From positions 1 to 24,000 of the forward strand of contig CAWFZA010000014.1 of the NCBI GenBank assembly GCA_963820095.1: DNA of 24,000 nucleotides. Reading direction: 5' to 3'. Numbering within the stretch: the stretch's first letter is position 1; every line of letters begins with the position of its first letter. The stretch comes from an uncultured Alphaproteobacteria bacterium. Its GTDB lineage: Bacteria > Pseudomonadota > Alphaproteobacteria > Rhizobiales > Beijerinckiaceae. Made by a program: the position numbers and the translations under genes. This document shows positions 9,694-19,599 of this stretch, one piece after another. The notes beneath the pieces were generated by a model. That model had not been told where the DNA came from. It did not search any database and was given only the letters and a program-made list of their open reading frames with translations.

Positions 9694-11751
9694 CTAGAAG
9701 ACCTCCCCGGTCGCCACCCGTTCGTAGTTTCGGGCGGCGGTCGTCACCGCGATTGCGGCCGCGGCAAGCGGTCCTCTCGGAGGGTCGGCGGCAGTCGCGG
9801 CCCGGTCGGCCGGTCCGGCGAGAAGCGCTTCAAGCCAGTCGCGGATCGCAGGATCCGGACCCATGGCGCCCGCTCGAATGGCGAGACGGATCGCCGAGAG
9901 CTGCGCGACGAGGCCGTGGCCCGCGATCAGCAAGGCCGCCATCTCATCGAGACCCTTCCGCGCGGCCATCGGCTCGATGCTCATGCGCCCGGCGGAATTG
10001 GACAGGGCGGCAATCGCCTCGATCACGTTCTTGCGCGCCAGCCGATAGTCGTGATCCGTGACGTCTCGCGTAAGCGCGACGGGGATGAATGCGGCAAGCT
10101 GAGCGAGGAGGCGATTGGCGATGCGCGGCGCCTCGGACGATTCCCAGCGGGGCCAGAAATAGTTGAAGAGGTGCGCGATCGCCGCGCCAATCAGCGTATC
10201 GGCGAGCCGCAGCAGGACCGGCGCGGGGACCCACGGCTGGACCAAATGCAACGACACCAGCGCCATCACGGAGGCGCCGACCGAGGCGAGCCGGTAGTTC
10301 AGTCGTGCGAAGCTGTGCGTGAGCGCGACCGCGAAGCCCTGCAGCCCGACGAGAGCGCGAGCCGGCAAATAGGCGACCGAGACCGCCGCCAGCACGCATC
10401 CGATCAGCGTCCCGATGACCCGATCGTCGCGCCGCTGACGGGTGAGGCCGTAGCCCGCCCGCATCACGACCGCAATGGTCAGCAGGACCCAGTTGCCGTG
10501 GCGGTCGTCGCCGAGCGATTGGGCGACCAGCGCTCCCGCCATCATCGCGAGCGCCAGCCGGACGGCGAAGCGAAGCACTGGCGAATCCGGATCGAGATGC
10601 GGGGCAAGCGCGCTGAGCGCGTAGCTGCGCCTTGGAATGAATGCGAGGAGATTGACGTCGCCTATGGCGTCCTGCGCCGTCGCATCGTTCGACAAGGCCT
10701 TCTCGAGGCGTCGGACGTCGCCAAGCGCCAAAACGAGACGACGCGCCGCAGCGTCCAGCGCTGCGCGCTCCGCGGGATCCAGCGCGTCATTGGCTTCGAG
10801 GCGGGTCAGCTCGCGTTTGAGGGCGTCGATCGCCAGCTGGTGGTCGGGCGGGAGAATGGGATGGCCGGTGGTGAGAATCTCCAGGCTCAAGCGCCCAAGA
10901 TCGAGCGCGCCGATTCGCAGCGCCTCGCCGATCCGCGCAAGCAGCGTTGCCGCCGCTTTGGTCGTGCGGACGAGCCCGACGTCACTCTGCGCGGCGACGA
11001 GCGCATCGAAAGCGTCAAGGAGCACGCCAATCGTGGCGGCAAGGCGCAGGCGCTCGCCCGTTTCGCCTGCCCGGTCGAGCAAAAGCGCCCGCGCCGCCTG
11101 GAGCTGCTCAGCGAGCGCCGCTTGTTGCCTGATCGCCGCTCCATAAGCAGCCTCGAGATCGCGATTGGGATCAAAAACAGCGGCGACCGAGCGCAAGTAG
11201 ATCGAGAATTCACGGATCGTTTCGCTGGCGACCATCCGGCGGGCGCTGACGTCGGTGAATGCCGTCGCCAGGAGCGCAAAGACGATGTAGGCGACGCCGC
11301 CGGCGGCGAACAGGATCTCAATTCTAACGGCGGCAAGAATGGGTTCGCGCGGGAATCCCAGGATGAAGACCATGGGGATCACCGCCTGCATGCCGACCGC
11401 GACCGCCCATCGCCCAAGGCCGGTCACGAGGCCGGCCACAAAGCTGATGGCGCCGATCATGAGAACCGCGGCGGGCGCCCACGGGAGCGCGACCTGGATG
11501 GCCACAGTCGACAGGAGCGCCAGCGCAAAGCCGAATCCGAGCGTGCGCGCCTTCTCGCGCCAGGGCGCGGGAAGATCGGAAATGCTGGCCGCTATCGCGC
11601 CGAGCGTCGCCGGTTGACCGGCGGCAAATCCTAAAATCGTAGACGCGGCGACAGCGACCGCGAGCACGCCGAGGCCTACGCTTACGCCATTGATGATGTG
11701 GGGCCCGACAAGAAGCCGCAGGAGATTGGGACGGCGCGGCCAACGAGGCAT
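9694..11751 (-). CDS. FUSC-family (YccS/YhfK-like) integral membrane protein, putative organic-acid efflux component
   Basis: Intact 685-aa ORF. Two multi-helix hydrophobic blocks are each followed by long Ala/Leu/Arg-rich helical cytoplasmic regions, the FUSC/YccS layout. The ATG at 11751 lies 16 nt downstream of the fdsD stop on the same strand. Confidence 0.7.
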   Translation of the reverse strand: MPRWPRRPNLLRLLVGPHIINGVSVGLGVLAVAVAASTILGFAAGQPATLGAIAASISDLPAPWREKARTLGFGFALALLSTVAIQVALPWAPAAVLMIGAISFVAGLVTGLGRWAVAVGMQAVIPMVFILGFPREPILAAVRIEILFAAGGVAYIVFALLATAFTDVSARRMVASETIREFSIYLRSVAAVFDPNRDLEAAYGAAIRQQAALAEQLQAARALLLDRAGETGERLRLAATIGVLLDAFDALVAAQSDVGLVRTTKAAATLLARIGEALRIGALDLGRLSLEILTTGHPILPPDHQLAIDALKRELTRLEANDALDPAERAALDAAARRLVLALGDVRRLEKALSNDATAQDAIGDVNLLAFIPRRSYALSALAPHLDPDSPVLRFAVRLALAMMAGALVAQSLGDDRHGNWVLLTIAVVMRAGYGLTRQRRDDRVIGTLIGCVLAAVSVAYLPARALVGLQGFAVALTHSFARLNYRLASVGASVMALVSLHLVQPWVPAPVLLRLADTLIGAAIAHLFNYFWPRWESSEAPRIANRLLAQLAAFIPVALTRDVTDHDYRLARKNVIEAIAALSNSAGRMSIEPMAARKGLDEMAALLIAGHGLVAQLSAIRLAIRAGAMGPDPAIRDWLEALLAGPADRAATAADPPRGPLAAAAIAVTTAARNYERVATGEVF

Positions 11752-11767
11752 GGGGCCCGTGGAAGTC

Positions 11768-12001
11768 TCAGGCGGCCGTTACGGCGCCCTTCAGCGATTC
11801 GACCGCGCGCGCCGCGATCGGATTGAGGCCGGAATGGCCTTGATCGGCGAAGGCGATGATCTCCCGGATCATCTTCGGTGTCCAGTACATGCGCAGATGC
11901 GACGCGGCGCCGGCAGTCGCCTCATGCTCAGGCATGGCGGCGTAGAAATCGCCGATCTGATTGGCCATGCGCACCAATTTGTCGAACTTGTCGGTGGTCA
12001 A
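11768..12001 (-). CDS. fdsD: formate dehydrogenase delta subunit
   Basis: TTDKFDKLVRMANQIGDFYAAMPEHEATAGAASHLRMYWTPKMIREII matches the FdsD pattern (L..MANQI..FF......A..V..HL..FW.P.M). I place the start at TTG 12001-11999, which overlaps the fdhD TGA (TTGA). Confidence 0.8.
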   Translation of the reverse strand: MTTDKFDKLVRMANQIGDFYAAMPEHEATAGAASHLRMYWTPKMIREIIAFADQGHSGLNPIAARAVESLKGAVTAA

Positions 12002-12831
12002 GCCGCCAATCCTCCGCCAATCTCTTCCTTCCTTTCCTCGAAGCATAAAGCCTGGTCGCGGCGCGCGACAGCGATAAGGCGAACGCCGAAACGCTGGGCC
12101 CGCTCGAGCGCAAGCGAGGTCGGCGCCGAGACAGACACCAGCGTTCCAGCGCCGAAGATCGCGGCCTTGGCCACCATTTCGAACGAACAGCGGCTGGTGA
12201 TGACAAAAAACCCGCTGTCCGGCTTGACGGCTGCGCGCTCGAGCGCGCCGATCGCCTTGTCGAGCGCATTGTGCCGCCCGACGTCCTCACGGACCAGGAC
12301 GATTGTCCCGTCGCGTCCGCACCATGCGGCGGCGTGAACGGCGCGGGTCGCCTGATTGAGGGGCTGGCGCGTCTCGAGTTCCTCAAGGGCGGCGCGGATG
12401 GCGGCGGGCGCAATCGGAGCCTGCGTGAGGAGCGGCGGGCGGGGGGAAGGCATCTGCGAGAAATCCTCGATACCGCACAGGCCGCAGCCGGTGCGGCCGC
12501 TCATCGCCCGTCCGCGCGCCAGATGCGCCTGCAGCCGCTCGCCCGAAAGGGCGATCTTGAGCCTCCAGCCGTCCTCGATGCGCTCGACCTCGACGCCGCG
12601 AATATCCTGGACTGTCTCGGCGATCTGTTCGGTCAGCACAAAGCCGCAGGCGAAATCCTCGAGGTCCTGCGGCGTCGCCATCATGACGGCGAAGGGCGCG
12701 CCTCCGATGACGATCTGAACGGGAGCCTCGACGGCGATTGCTCGGGTTATCTCCGGGCCGCTCGCGCCCGAATTGTAGGAAAAGGTCCGGACTGGAACGT
12801 CGATCGAGCTTATGTCCTCACTCGGCCGCAT
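11998..12831 (-). CDS. fdhD: formate dehydrogenase accessory sulfurtransferase FdhD (FdsC)
   Basis: Intact 277-aa ORF with SGRTGCGLCGIE and REDVGRHNALDKAIG motifs. It sits between fdsA and fdsD, as in fdsGBACD operons. Confidence 0.88.
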   Translation of the reverse strand: MRPSEDISSIDVPVRTFSYNSGASGPEITRAIAVEAPVQIVIGGAPFAVMMATPQDLEDFACGFVLTEQIAETVQDIRGVEVERIEDGWRLKIALSGERLQAHLARGRAMSGRTGCGLCGIEDFSQMPSPRPPLLTQAPIAPAAIRAALEELETRQPLNQATRAVHAAAWCGRDGTIVLVREDVGRHNALDKAIGALERAAVKPDSGFFVITSRCSFEMVAKAAIFGAGTLVSVSAPTSLALERAQRFGVRLIAVARRDQALCFEERKEEIGGGLAA

Positions 12832-15665
12832 CGGCCAACGCTTTCTCGATCCGGCGCTCCGAGACCGCCTGCTCGCGATCGCGCACCTGCCAGTCGGAGA
12901 AATGGTTGGTCCGCCGCACCTGCACCGCCGTCACCTTGTATTCGGGGCAATTGGTCGCCCAGTCGGAATAGTCGGTGGTGACCACATTAGCGCCGGTGAC
13001 GGCATGATGGAAGGTCGTGTAGACCACGCCCGGCTGCACGCGCTCGGTGATCTTGGCGTGCAGCGAAATCTCCCCGGTGCGGCTCGCCAGCGCCACGAGA
13101 TCGCCGTCGCGCACGCCGCGCTCATCGGCGTCGAAGGGATGAATCTCGAGCACGTCCTCGTCATGCCAGAGCTCGTTCTCGGTCCGCCTTGTCTGCGCGC
13201 CCACATTATACTGCGACAGGATGCGGCCGGTCGTCAGCAGCAGCGGGAAGCGCGGTCCGACGCGCTCCTCGGTGGCGACGAATTCGGTCAGCATGAACTG
13301 GCCCTTGCCGCGCACAAAACGGTCGACATGCATGACCGGTGTGCCCGTCGGGGCGGCATCGTTGCATGGCCACTGGATCGAGCCGAGTTCGTCGAGACGA
13401 GCGTAGGATACGCCCTTGAAGGTCGGCGTGGTCGCCGCGACCTCGTCCATGATCTCGCTCGGATGCGCGTAGTTCATTGGCACGCCAATGGCGTTGGCGA
13501 GGGCCATTGTCGCCTCCCAGTCCGCCAGGCCAGCAAGGGGAGGAATTGCTTGCCGCACGCGGCTGATGCGGCGCTCGGCGTTGGTGAATGTGCCGTCTTT
13601 CTCCAGAAAGGACGCGCCGGGCAGGAAGACATGCGCATAGCGCGCCGTCTCGTTGAGGAAGAGATCCTGGACCACGACGCATTCCATGGCGCGCAGGCCC
13701 GCAGTGATATGCTTGGTGTCCGGGTCGGACTGCGCGATGTCCTCGCCCTGCACGTAAAGCCACTTGAACGAGCCGTCGATGGCCTCGTCGATCATGTTGG
13801 GAATGCGCAGGCCCGGCTCGTTGCTGAGCGGCACGCCCCACATGTGCTCGAACGTCTCGCGGACGGCGTCGGTCGACACATGGCGGTAGCCGGAAAATTC
13901 ATGCGGGAACGAGCCCATGTCGCACGAGCCCTGCACATTGTTCTGCCCGCGCAGCGGATTGACGCCGACGCCTTCGCGGCCAATGTTTCCGGTGGCCATG
14001 GCGAGATTGGCGATCCCCATAACCGCCGTCGACCCCTGGCTGTGCTCGGTGACGCCAAGCCCGTAATAGATCGCCCCGTTGCCGCCGGTCGCGTAGAGGC
14101 GCGCAGCCGCGCGCAACTCGCCTGGATCGATGCCGCTCGCTTCCGCCGTCGCCTCAGGCGAATGCTTGGGATCGGCGACGAACCTTGCCCAGGATTTCGA
14201 AATTGGCGAGATCGCAGCGCTCGCGGACGAACGCCTCGTTCACGAGGCCCTCGGTGACGATGACGTGGGCTAACGCATTGAGGACGGCGACATTGGTCCC
14301 TGGCTTAAGGGCGAGATGGTAGTCGGCCCCAATGTGCGGGCTCTTGACCAAGTCAGTCCGGCGCGGATCGATGACAATGAGGCGCGCGCCTGCTCGCAGG
14401 CGCTTCTTCAGCCGGGAGGCGAAAACCGGATGAGCGTCGGTCGGATTGGCGCCGATCACGACTACGACGTCCGACTTCTCAACGGACTTGAAATCCTGGG
14501 TGCCGGCTGACGTCCCGTAAGTCCTGGAGAGGCCAAAGCCGGTCGGCGAGTGGCAGACGCGCGCGCACGTATCGATGTTGTTGTTGTGGAATCCGGCGCG
14601 AACCATCTTCTGGACGAGGAACACTTCCTCGTTGGTGCATCGCGACGAGCTGATCGCCCCGACCGAGTCGCGCCCGTACTTTCCCTGGATGCGGCGGAAT
14701 TCATTCGCCGCATGGGCGATGGCGTCGACCCAGGACACTTCGCGCCACGGATCTTCGATCCGCTCACGGATCATCGGCTTGAGAATACGGTCCTTATGGG
14801 TGGCGTAGCCGTAGGCGAACCGGCCCTTCACGCAGGAGTGGCCCTCGTTGGCCTTGCCGGCCTTGTGGGGAATCATGCGGACGACCTCGTCGCCCTTCAA
14901 TTCCGCCTTGAAGGAGCAGCCGACGCCGCAATAGGCGCAGGTCGTCACCACCGTGCGCTCCGGCGCTCCCATTTCGATGACCGACTTTTCGTTGAGCGCC
15001 GAGGTCGGGCAGGCCTGGACGCAGGCGCCGCAGGACACGCATTCCGACGAGAGGAAATCGACGCCTCCCGTTCCGACCTTCGAGTCAAATCCGCGGCCGA
15101 GAATTGTGAGCGCGAATGTGCCCTGGACCTCCTCGCAGGCCCGCACGCAGCGCGAGCAGACGATGCATGCCGTGGGGTCGAAGGTGAAATAGGGATTGGA
15201 GGCGTCGACCGGGGCGTTGAGATGATTGGCGCCGTCTCGGTCGTAGCGCACCTCGCGGAGGCCGACGATCGCCGCCTGGGTCTGGAACTCGCTATCGCCA
15301 TTGGCGCTGGATGTCAGGGTGTCGGCCGGATAGTCGGACGCGTAGAGCTCCATCACCCCCCGCCTTAATTTTTGCAGCCTGGGCGTCCGGGTGTGAACCA
15401 CCATACCCTCTTCCGCAGGTGTCGTGCAGGAGGCGGGCGTACCCCTTCGGCCGTCGATTTCGACCAGGCACAAACGGCAGGAGCCAAAGGCCTCGAGGCT
15501 GTCCGTCGCGCAGAGTTTCGGGATCGGATTGTCGATCAGAGCCGCAGCGGCCATCACCGACGTTCCCGGCGGCACGCTGACCTTGCGCCCGTCGATGGTC
15601 AGCGTGACGGTCGCCTCGCCGGTGCGGATCGGCGTTCCGGTGTCCAGTTCCTGCAAGAGCGCCAT
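12818..15665 (-). pseudogene. fdsA: NAD-dependent formate dehydrogenase alpha subunit (molybdopterin, Fe-S); one frame change near 14196-14198
   Basis: ORF 14154..15665 holds the 2Fe-2S region (CATDSLEAFGSCRLCLVEI), 4Fe-4S clusters (CIVCSRCVRACEE, CVSCGACVQACP) and the start of the MopB domain. ORF 12818..14116 holds the remaining MopB and molybdopterin-binding domains. Shifting one frame at GAAATCC gives ...CDLANFE|SWARFVADPKHSPEATAEASGIDPGELRAAARLYATGGNG..., which joins the two halves. Confidence 0.9.
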
Positions 15666-15676
15666 GGGCTTCTCTC

Positions 15677-17234
15677 CTATTCCGCCGCGACGCGCGCCGG
15701 CGCCTTGGCGAAATCCTCGCTGAAATGATTGAGCGCGCTCAGGACGGGCATGGGCGCAAGCCCGCCGAGAGCGCAGAGCGAGCCGTCCGTCATCACCTCA
15801 CAAAGATCGCGCAACAGTTGCACGTTCTTTTGGCGGTCGCGGCCAGCGATGATCTTGTCGACGGTCTCCACGCCCCGGGTCGAGCCGATCCGGCATGGCG
15901 TGCACTTGCCGCAGCTTTCCTTGGCGCAGAATTCCATGGCGAAGCGGGCCTGGCGCGCCATGTCGACGCTATCGTCGAAAACGACGATTCCGCCATGGCC
16001 GAGCATGCCGCCTGCAGCAGCCATCGAACTCGTAGTCAAGCGACGTATCGAGCAGCGATTCTGGCAGGTAAGCGCCGAGCGGTCCGCCGACCTGAACCGC
16101 GCGGATCGGCCGGCCGGTGCGCGTGCCGCCGCCAAACCCCTCGATGAGTTCACGCAAGGTTGCGCCGAAGGCAAGCTCGATGAGCCCGCCGTAGCGAATA
16201 TTGCCGGCAAGCTGAAACGGTTGCGAGCCAAGCGAGCGTCCGACGCCGTAGGCGGCGTAGGCTTTCGCGCCGTGCTCGAGGATCCATGGGCAGGAGGCGA
16301 AGCTCAGAACGTTGTTGATGACCGTCGGCTTGCCGAACAGGCCCTTGATCGCAGGCAAGGGCGGCTTGACGCGAATTTGCCCGCGCTTGCCCTCCAGGCT
16401 CTCCAGGAGCGACGTCTCTTCGCCGCAGATGTAGGCGCCCGCGCCGAGCCGCGCCTCGAGATCGAAAGCCTGGGCCGAGCCAAGCACGCTTGCGCCCAGC
16501 AGTCCGCCCGCCCGCGCCCGCTCGATCGCGCGCTCGAACGTAGCGAACGCGTGTGGGTACTCGGATCGGATATAGACATAGCCCTTCGTCGCGCCGACCG
16601 AGACGCCCGCGATCGCCATGCCCTCGATCAGGAGGAAGGGGTCGCCCTCCATCAACATGCGGTCGGCGAAAGTGCCGCTGTCGCCTTCGTCGGCGTTGCA
16701 GACGACGTACTTCTGATCGGCATCGATTCCGGCGGTGGTGCGCCATTTGATGCCGGTCGGAAAGCCCGCTCCGCCACGCCCACGCAGACCCGAGGCCAAA
16801 ACCTCCTCGACCGTCGCTTTCGCGCCAAGAGCCAACGCGCGCTCAAGGCCGCGCAGCCCGCCATGACGGCGATACTCCTCGAGCGACAGGGGGTCCGTTA
16901 TCCCGCAGCGGGCGAAGATGAGGCGCTGTTGCCTGGCGAGGTAGGGGATGTCGTCAACGCGCCCGAGCGCCTTGGGATGAGTCCCGCCGCTCAGGAAGCC
17001 GGCCTCGAACAGTTGAGCTATGTCGCCCGGCGCGACCGGGCCATAGCCGACCCGGCCGGAGGCGGTCTCCACCTCGACCAGCGGCTCGAGCCAAAAGAGG
17101 CCGCGCGATCCGGTCCGCACAAGTTCGATGTCGAGGTCGCGCCGACGCGCTTCGTCTCGGACGCCGTCAGCGACAAGTTCGGCGCCAACGGAGAGCGCCG
17201 AAGAGTTCGCGGATACGAAGACGCGCACGCTCAT
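15677..17234 (-). pseudogene. fdsB: NAD-dependent formate dehydrogenase beta subunit (NuoF-like, FMN/NAD-binding); one frame change near 16020-16035
   Basis: ORF 15969..17234 contains GLRGRGGAGFPTGIKW and CNADEGDSGTF (NuoF-type NADH/FMN sites). ORF 15677..16231 supplies ...MAAAGGMLGHGGIVVFDD...ESCGKCTPCRIG (4Fe-4S). The two overlap in different frames at LDYEF / SMAAAGG. Confidence 0.9.
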
Positions 17235-17734
17235 TGCGCTTTCCCCTGAGCGCCTGCGACGATCGCGTCGATCCGATCCCGGTCGAGACGACCAATGGGC
17301 TGGCCGTCAAGCAGCGCTGACGGAGACAGGGCGCAATTGCCCAAGCAATAGACGGTTTCGACGTGCAGTCCGGAAGGATTCTCGTCGTCGTCCACCTTGA
17401 CCCCGTGACGGTGTTCAAGGTGCGAAACAAGGTCTTCGCATCCCATGGACTGACAAGATTCGGCGCGGCAAAGCTTCAACACTCGGCCGTCGACGGGCGA
17501 ACGCCGAAAATCATGGTAGAAGCTGATCACGCCGAGCGTTTCGGCTTTCGAGATGTTGAGCGCGTCGGCGATCAGGGGGATCGCGCGCTCGTCGACATAG
17601 CCGAATTGCTCCTGCAGGTCGTGCAGGATGGGCAGCGCCGCGCCCGGCGCGTCTCGCTTGCGATCGATCAGCGTTCGGGCCAAATCGAGATCAAAGGCCG
17701 TTCGGCCAGACACAATGTCCTCCCGGGTTTGCAT
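17231..17734 (-). CDS. fdsG: NAD-dependent formate dehydrogenase gamma subunit (NuoE-like 2Fe-2S)
   Basis: Intact 167-aa ORF with ALPILHDLQEQFGYV, CRAESCQSMGC and CLGNCALSP motifs. Its stop overlaps the fdsB ATG (ATGA at 17231-17234). Confidence 0.88.
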   Translation of the reverse strand: MQTREDIVSGRTAFDLDLARTLIDRKRDAPGAALPILHDLQEQFGYVDERAIPLIADALNISKAETLGVISFYHDFRRSPVDGRVLKLCRAESCQSMGCEDLVSHLEHRHGVKVDDDENPSGLHVETVYCLGNCALSPSALLDGQPIGRLDRDRIDAIVAGAQGKAQ

Positions 17735-17760
17735 AAGAGATGCGCTCGGGGAGGCTCAGG

Positions 17761-17803
17761 TTCAAATTGAACGTTTGAAAGGAGCGATAGGAGAACTCTA
17801 TCG
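17761..17803. promoter_or_regulatory. two 6-N7-6 palindromes (candidate LysR-type operator sites) between lysR and fdsG
   Basis: TTCAAA-ttgaacg-TTTGAA lies at 17761-17779 and CGATAG-gagaact-CTATCG at 17785-17803. The second contains a T-N11-A core. Both lie in the 70-bp gap upstream of fdsG. Confidence 0.45.
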
Positions 17804-17804
17804 A

Positions 17805-18740
17805 TTAACGCTCCTCTCGCTGCTCAGCAAGTCGATTTGGCGGCTGGATCAGCGCCGCGACGTCGGCCGGCAATTGCATTGCGAACAAATTCCGAGCCAG
17901 CGGCGAAGGCGGCTCACGATCGCTCATCACGAGGCCGACCGTGCGTCGCGCGACCGGCTCAACGAGCTCGATCGCCCGCGTGCCCGCCGGCAGGCCAAAG
18001 AAGCGCAACAACTGGCGGGGCACGATCGCCGACCATTGGCCGGCGCTGACATGCGAGACGAGATTGTAAATCGAATTGGTCTCCACCGCCGGGACCGGCT
18101 TGGCGCCCACCGAGCGGAATATGCCGTCGATGATGCGCCGGTTCTGCATGTCTGGCGTCAGCAGGCACAAAGGCGCCGCGGCCGCTTCGCGCCAGGTGAC
18201 TTGCGAGCGCAAGGCGAGCGCGGCGGTCGCTGGGGTGAGGAACAGATAATCCTCGACGTAAAGGGGCTTGGTCTTGACATGCGCAATCGGCTCCGCGTCG
18301 AGATAGGTGAGGCCGACATCGAGTTCGAACTCTTCGATTCCGCGATCGATCTCCTGGCTGTTCATGGAAAACACCGCGACCGTCACGCCCGGAAAGCGCC
18401 TGAAGAACGGACCGCTGAGCTGGGAGACGATCGGCAGGGCGGTCGGAATGGCGCCGATCCGGAGACGGCCGCTCAGACCCTTGTCGATCTCCTCGAGCCC
18501 CCGGCGAAGATTTTCGACCTCGGCGAGAATCCGATGGGCGTGCTCAAGGGCCAGCTGGCCCTGCGGCGTAAGCCCGACGTAGCGATGGCCACGCTCGACG
18601 ATCGGCGCCCCAAGATCCTCTTCGAGCAAGCGAATGGCGGCGGACAGAGTGGGTTGCGACACATGGCAGGCGTCCGCGGCGCGGCCAAAATGCTTTTCGC
18701 GCGCGAGCGCCGCAAGGTATTCGAGTTGACGAAGGACCAT
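17805..18740 (-). CDS. LysR-family transcriptional regulator (FdsR-like by position)
   Basis: ORF 17805..18776 has the N-terminal HTH LRQLEYLAALAREKHFGRAADACHVSQPTLSAAIRLLEEDLG followed by a LysR substrate-binding domain. The start is placed at MVLRQLEYL (18740). It lies directly upstream of fdsG and is co-directional with it. Confidence 0.85.
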   Translation of the reverse strand: MVLRQLEYLAALAREKHFGRAADACHVSQPTLSAAIRLLEEDLGAPIVERGHRYVGLTPQGQLALEHAHRILAEVENLRRGLEEIDKGLSGRLRIGAIPTALPIVSQLSGPFFRRFPGVTVAVFSMNSQEIDRGIEEFELDVGLTYLDAEPIAHVKTKPLYVEDYLFLTPATAALALRSQVTWREAAAAPLCLLTPDMQNRRIIDGIFRSVGAKPVPAVETNSIYNLVSHVSAGQWSAIVPRQLLRFFGLPAGTRAIELVEPVARRTVGLVMSDREPPSPLARNLFAMQLPADVAALIQPPNRLAEQREER

Positions 18741-18873
18741 GACCCCCATCCAGGCGCTTGTCGTGGCGCCGGGCAAACACTAGGTCAATAGCGGGCTCCT
18801 ATTGCCTTGGTTGTCTGGAGATCGCCCAATTTCGCGATTAGAAGCCCGGTCGCCGACGCCAAAAGGAGGTCCG

Positions 18874-19482
18874 ATGCCGGAAGCTAGCTCCGAAACTGCG
18901 CCCCGACCGAGGGCGTTCACGATCCGCGCCGTCGCGGCCTTGGTCGTGGTTGCGTTGCTCGCGCTTGCTGCGTTCATTTTCATTGGCGCGCAGGAGAGGC
19001 CGCGCGCGGCTCTGATCGGCGGCCCCTTCGTCCTTGAGGACGGCGCGGGCAAGACAGTCAGCGATCAGACGCTCCACGGACGGCCGTTCCTGGTCTATTT
19101 CGGGTACACCCACTGCCCCGACGTCTGCCCCACCGAGCTTGCGCACATCTCGGACGTTCTGAGCAAGATGGGGAACAAGGCGATTCCCGCCCTGTTCATC
19201 ACGGTCGATCCGGACCGCGACACGCCCAAGGTCATGCAGGACTATGTCTCGAGCTTCAATCCGGCCATTGTCGGACTCTCGGGCAGCCCGAAGGCCGTCG
19301 AGGCCACGGAAAAGGCCTTTCGGGTCTATTCCCACAAAGGCCCGCTGCAGCCGGACGGCGACTATTCCATGGACCACAGCTCGGTCGTCTACCTGATGGA
19401 CAAGAACGGCGCCTTCGTCGAGGCGTTCAATGTCGAGCGCTCGCCCGAGGATGCGGCCAAGGACCTGGAGAAGTATCTCTGA
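18874..19482 (+). CDS. SCO1/SenC family copper chaperone / thiol-disulfide protein
   Basis: AAAGGAGG RBS, then ATG at 18874. An N-terminal TM anchor (AVAALVVVALLALAAFIFIG) is followed by FGYTHCPDVCP (CxxxC) and the downstream DHS motif. Confidence 0.85.
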   Translation: MPEASSETAPRPRAFTIRAVAALVVVALLALAAFIFIGAQERPRAALIGGPFVLEDGAGKTVSDQTLHGRPFLVYFGYTHCPDVCPTELAHISDVLSKMGNKAIPALFITVDPDRDTPKVMQDYVSSFNPAIVGLSGSPKAVEATEKAFRVYSHKGPLQPDGDYSMDHSSVVYLMDKNGAFVEAFNVERSPEDAAKDLEKYL

Positions 19483-19497
19483 GCGGCGGCCCGACGA

Positions 19498-19511
19498 GGG
19501 TCCATGGACCC
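19498..19511 (+). terminator. perfect 14-bp palindrome GGGTCCATGGACCC just after the sco stop
   Basis: Read directly. It lies 16 nt after the stop codon and has no U-tract, so terminator function is uncertain. Confidence 0.25.
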
Positions 19512-19599
19512 AAGATTGCCGGCCGGCGCTTGGCTTGATAGAGACTGGCGGCAGAACACCGCCCAGCCGACAACCTCAAACCCAAGACCACGAATTGCG

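Noticed and set aside
9484-11634. 716-aa plus-strand ORF
   Set aside because: It lies antisense to the FUSC membrane-protein gene. The sequence is dominated by R/D/E/G repeats and starts inside the AT-rich repeat. I judged it a shadow ORF.
14154-14156. TGA ending the N-terminal fdsA ORF, as a possible selenocysteine codon of a formate dehydrogenase
   Set aside because: The downstream conserved sequence is in a different frame and is recovered by a 1-nt shift ~40 nt upstream of this TGA (plus-strand 14196-14198). The TGA is therefore an out-of-frame stop. NAD-linked FdsA-type enzymes use Cys, and I saw no SECIS-like hairpin.
12812-18791. Long plus-strand ORFs 12812..14257, 14550..15368, 15729..17249 and 17628..18791
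   Set aside because: All lie opposite the well-supported fdsA, fdsB, fdsG and lysR genes and have no motifs. They are GC-driven open frames.
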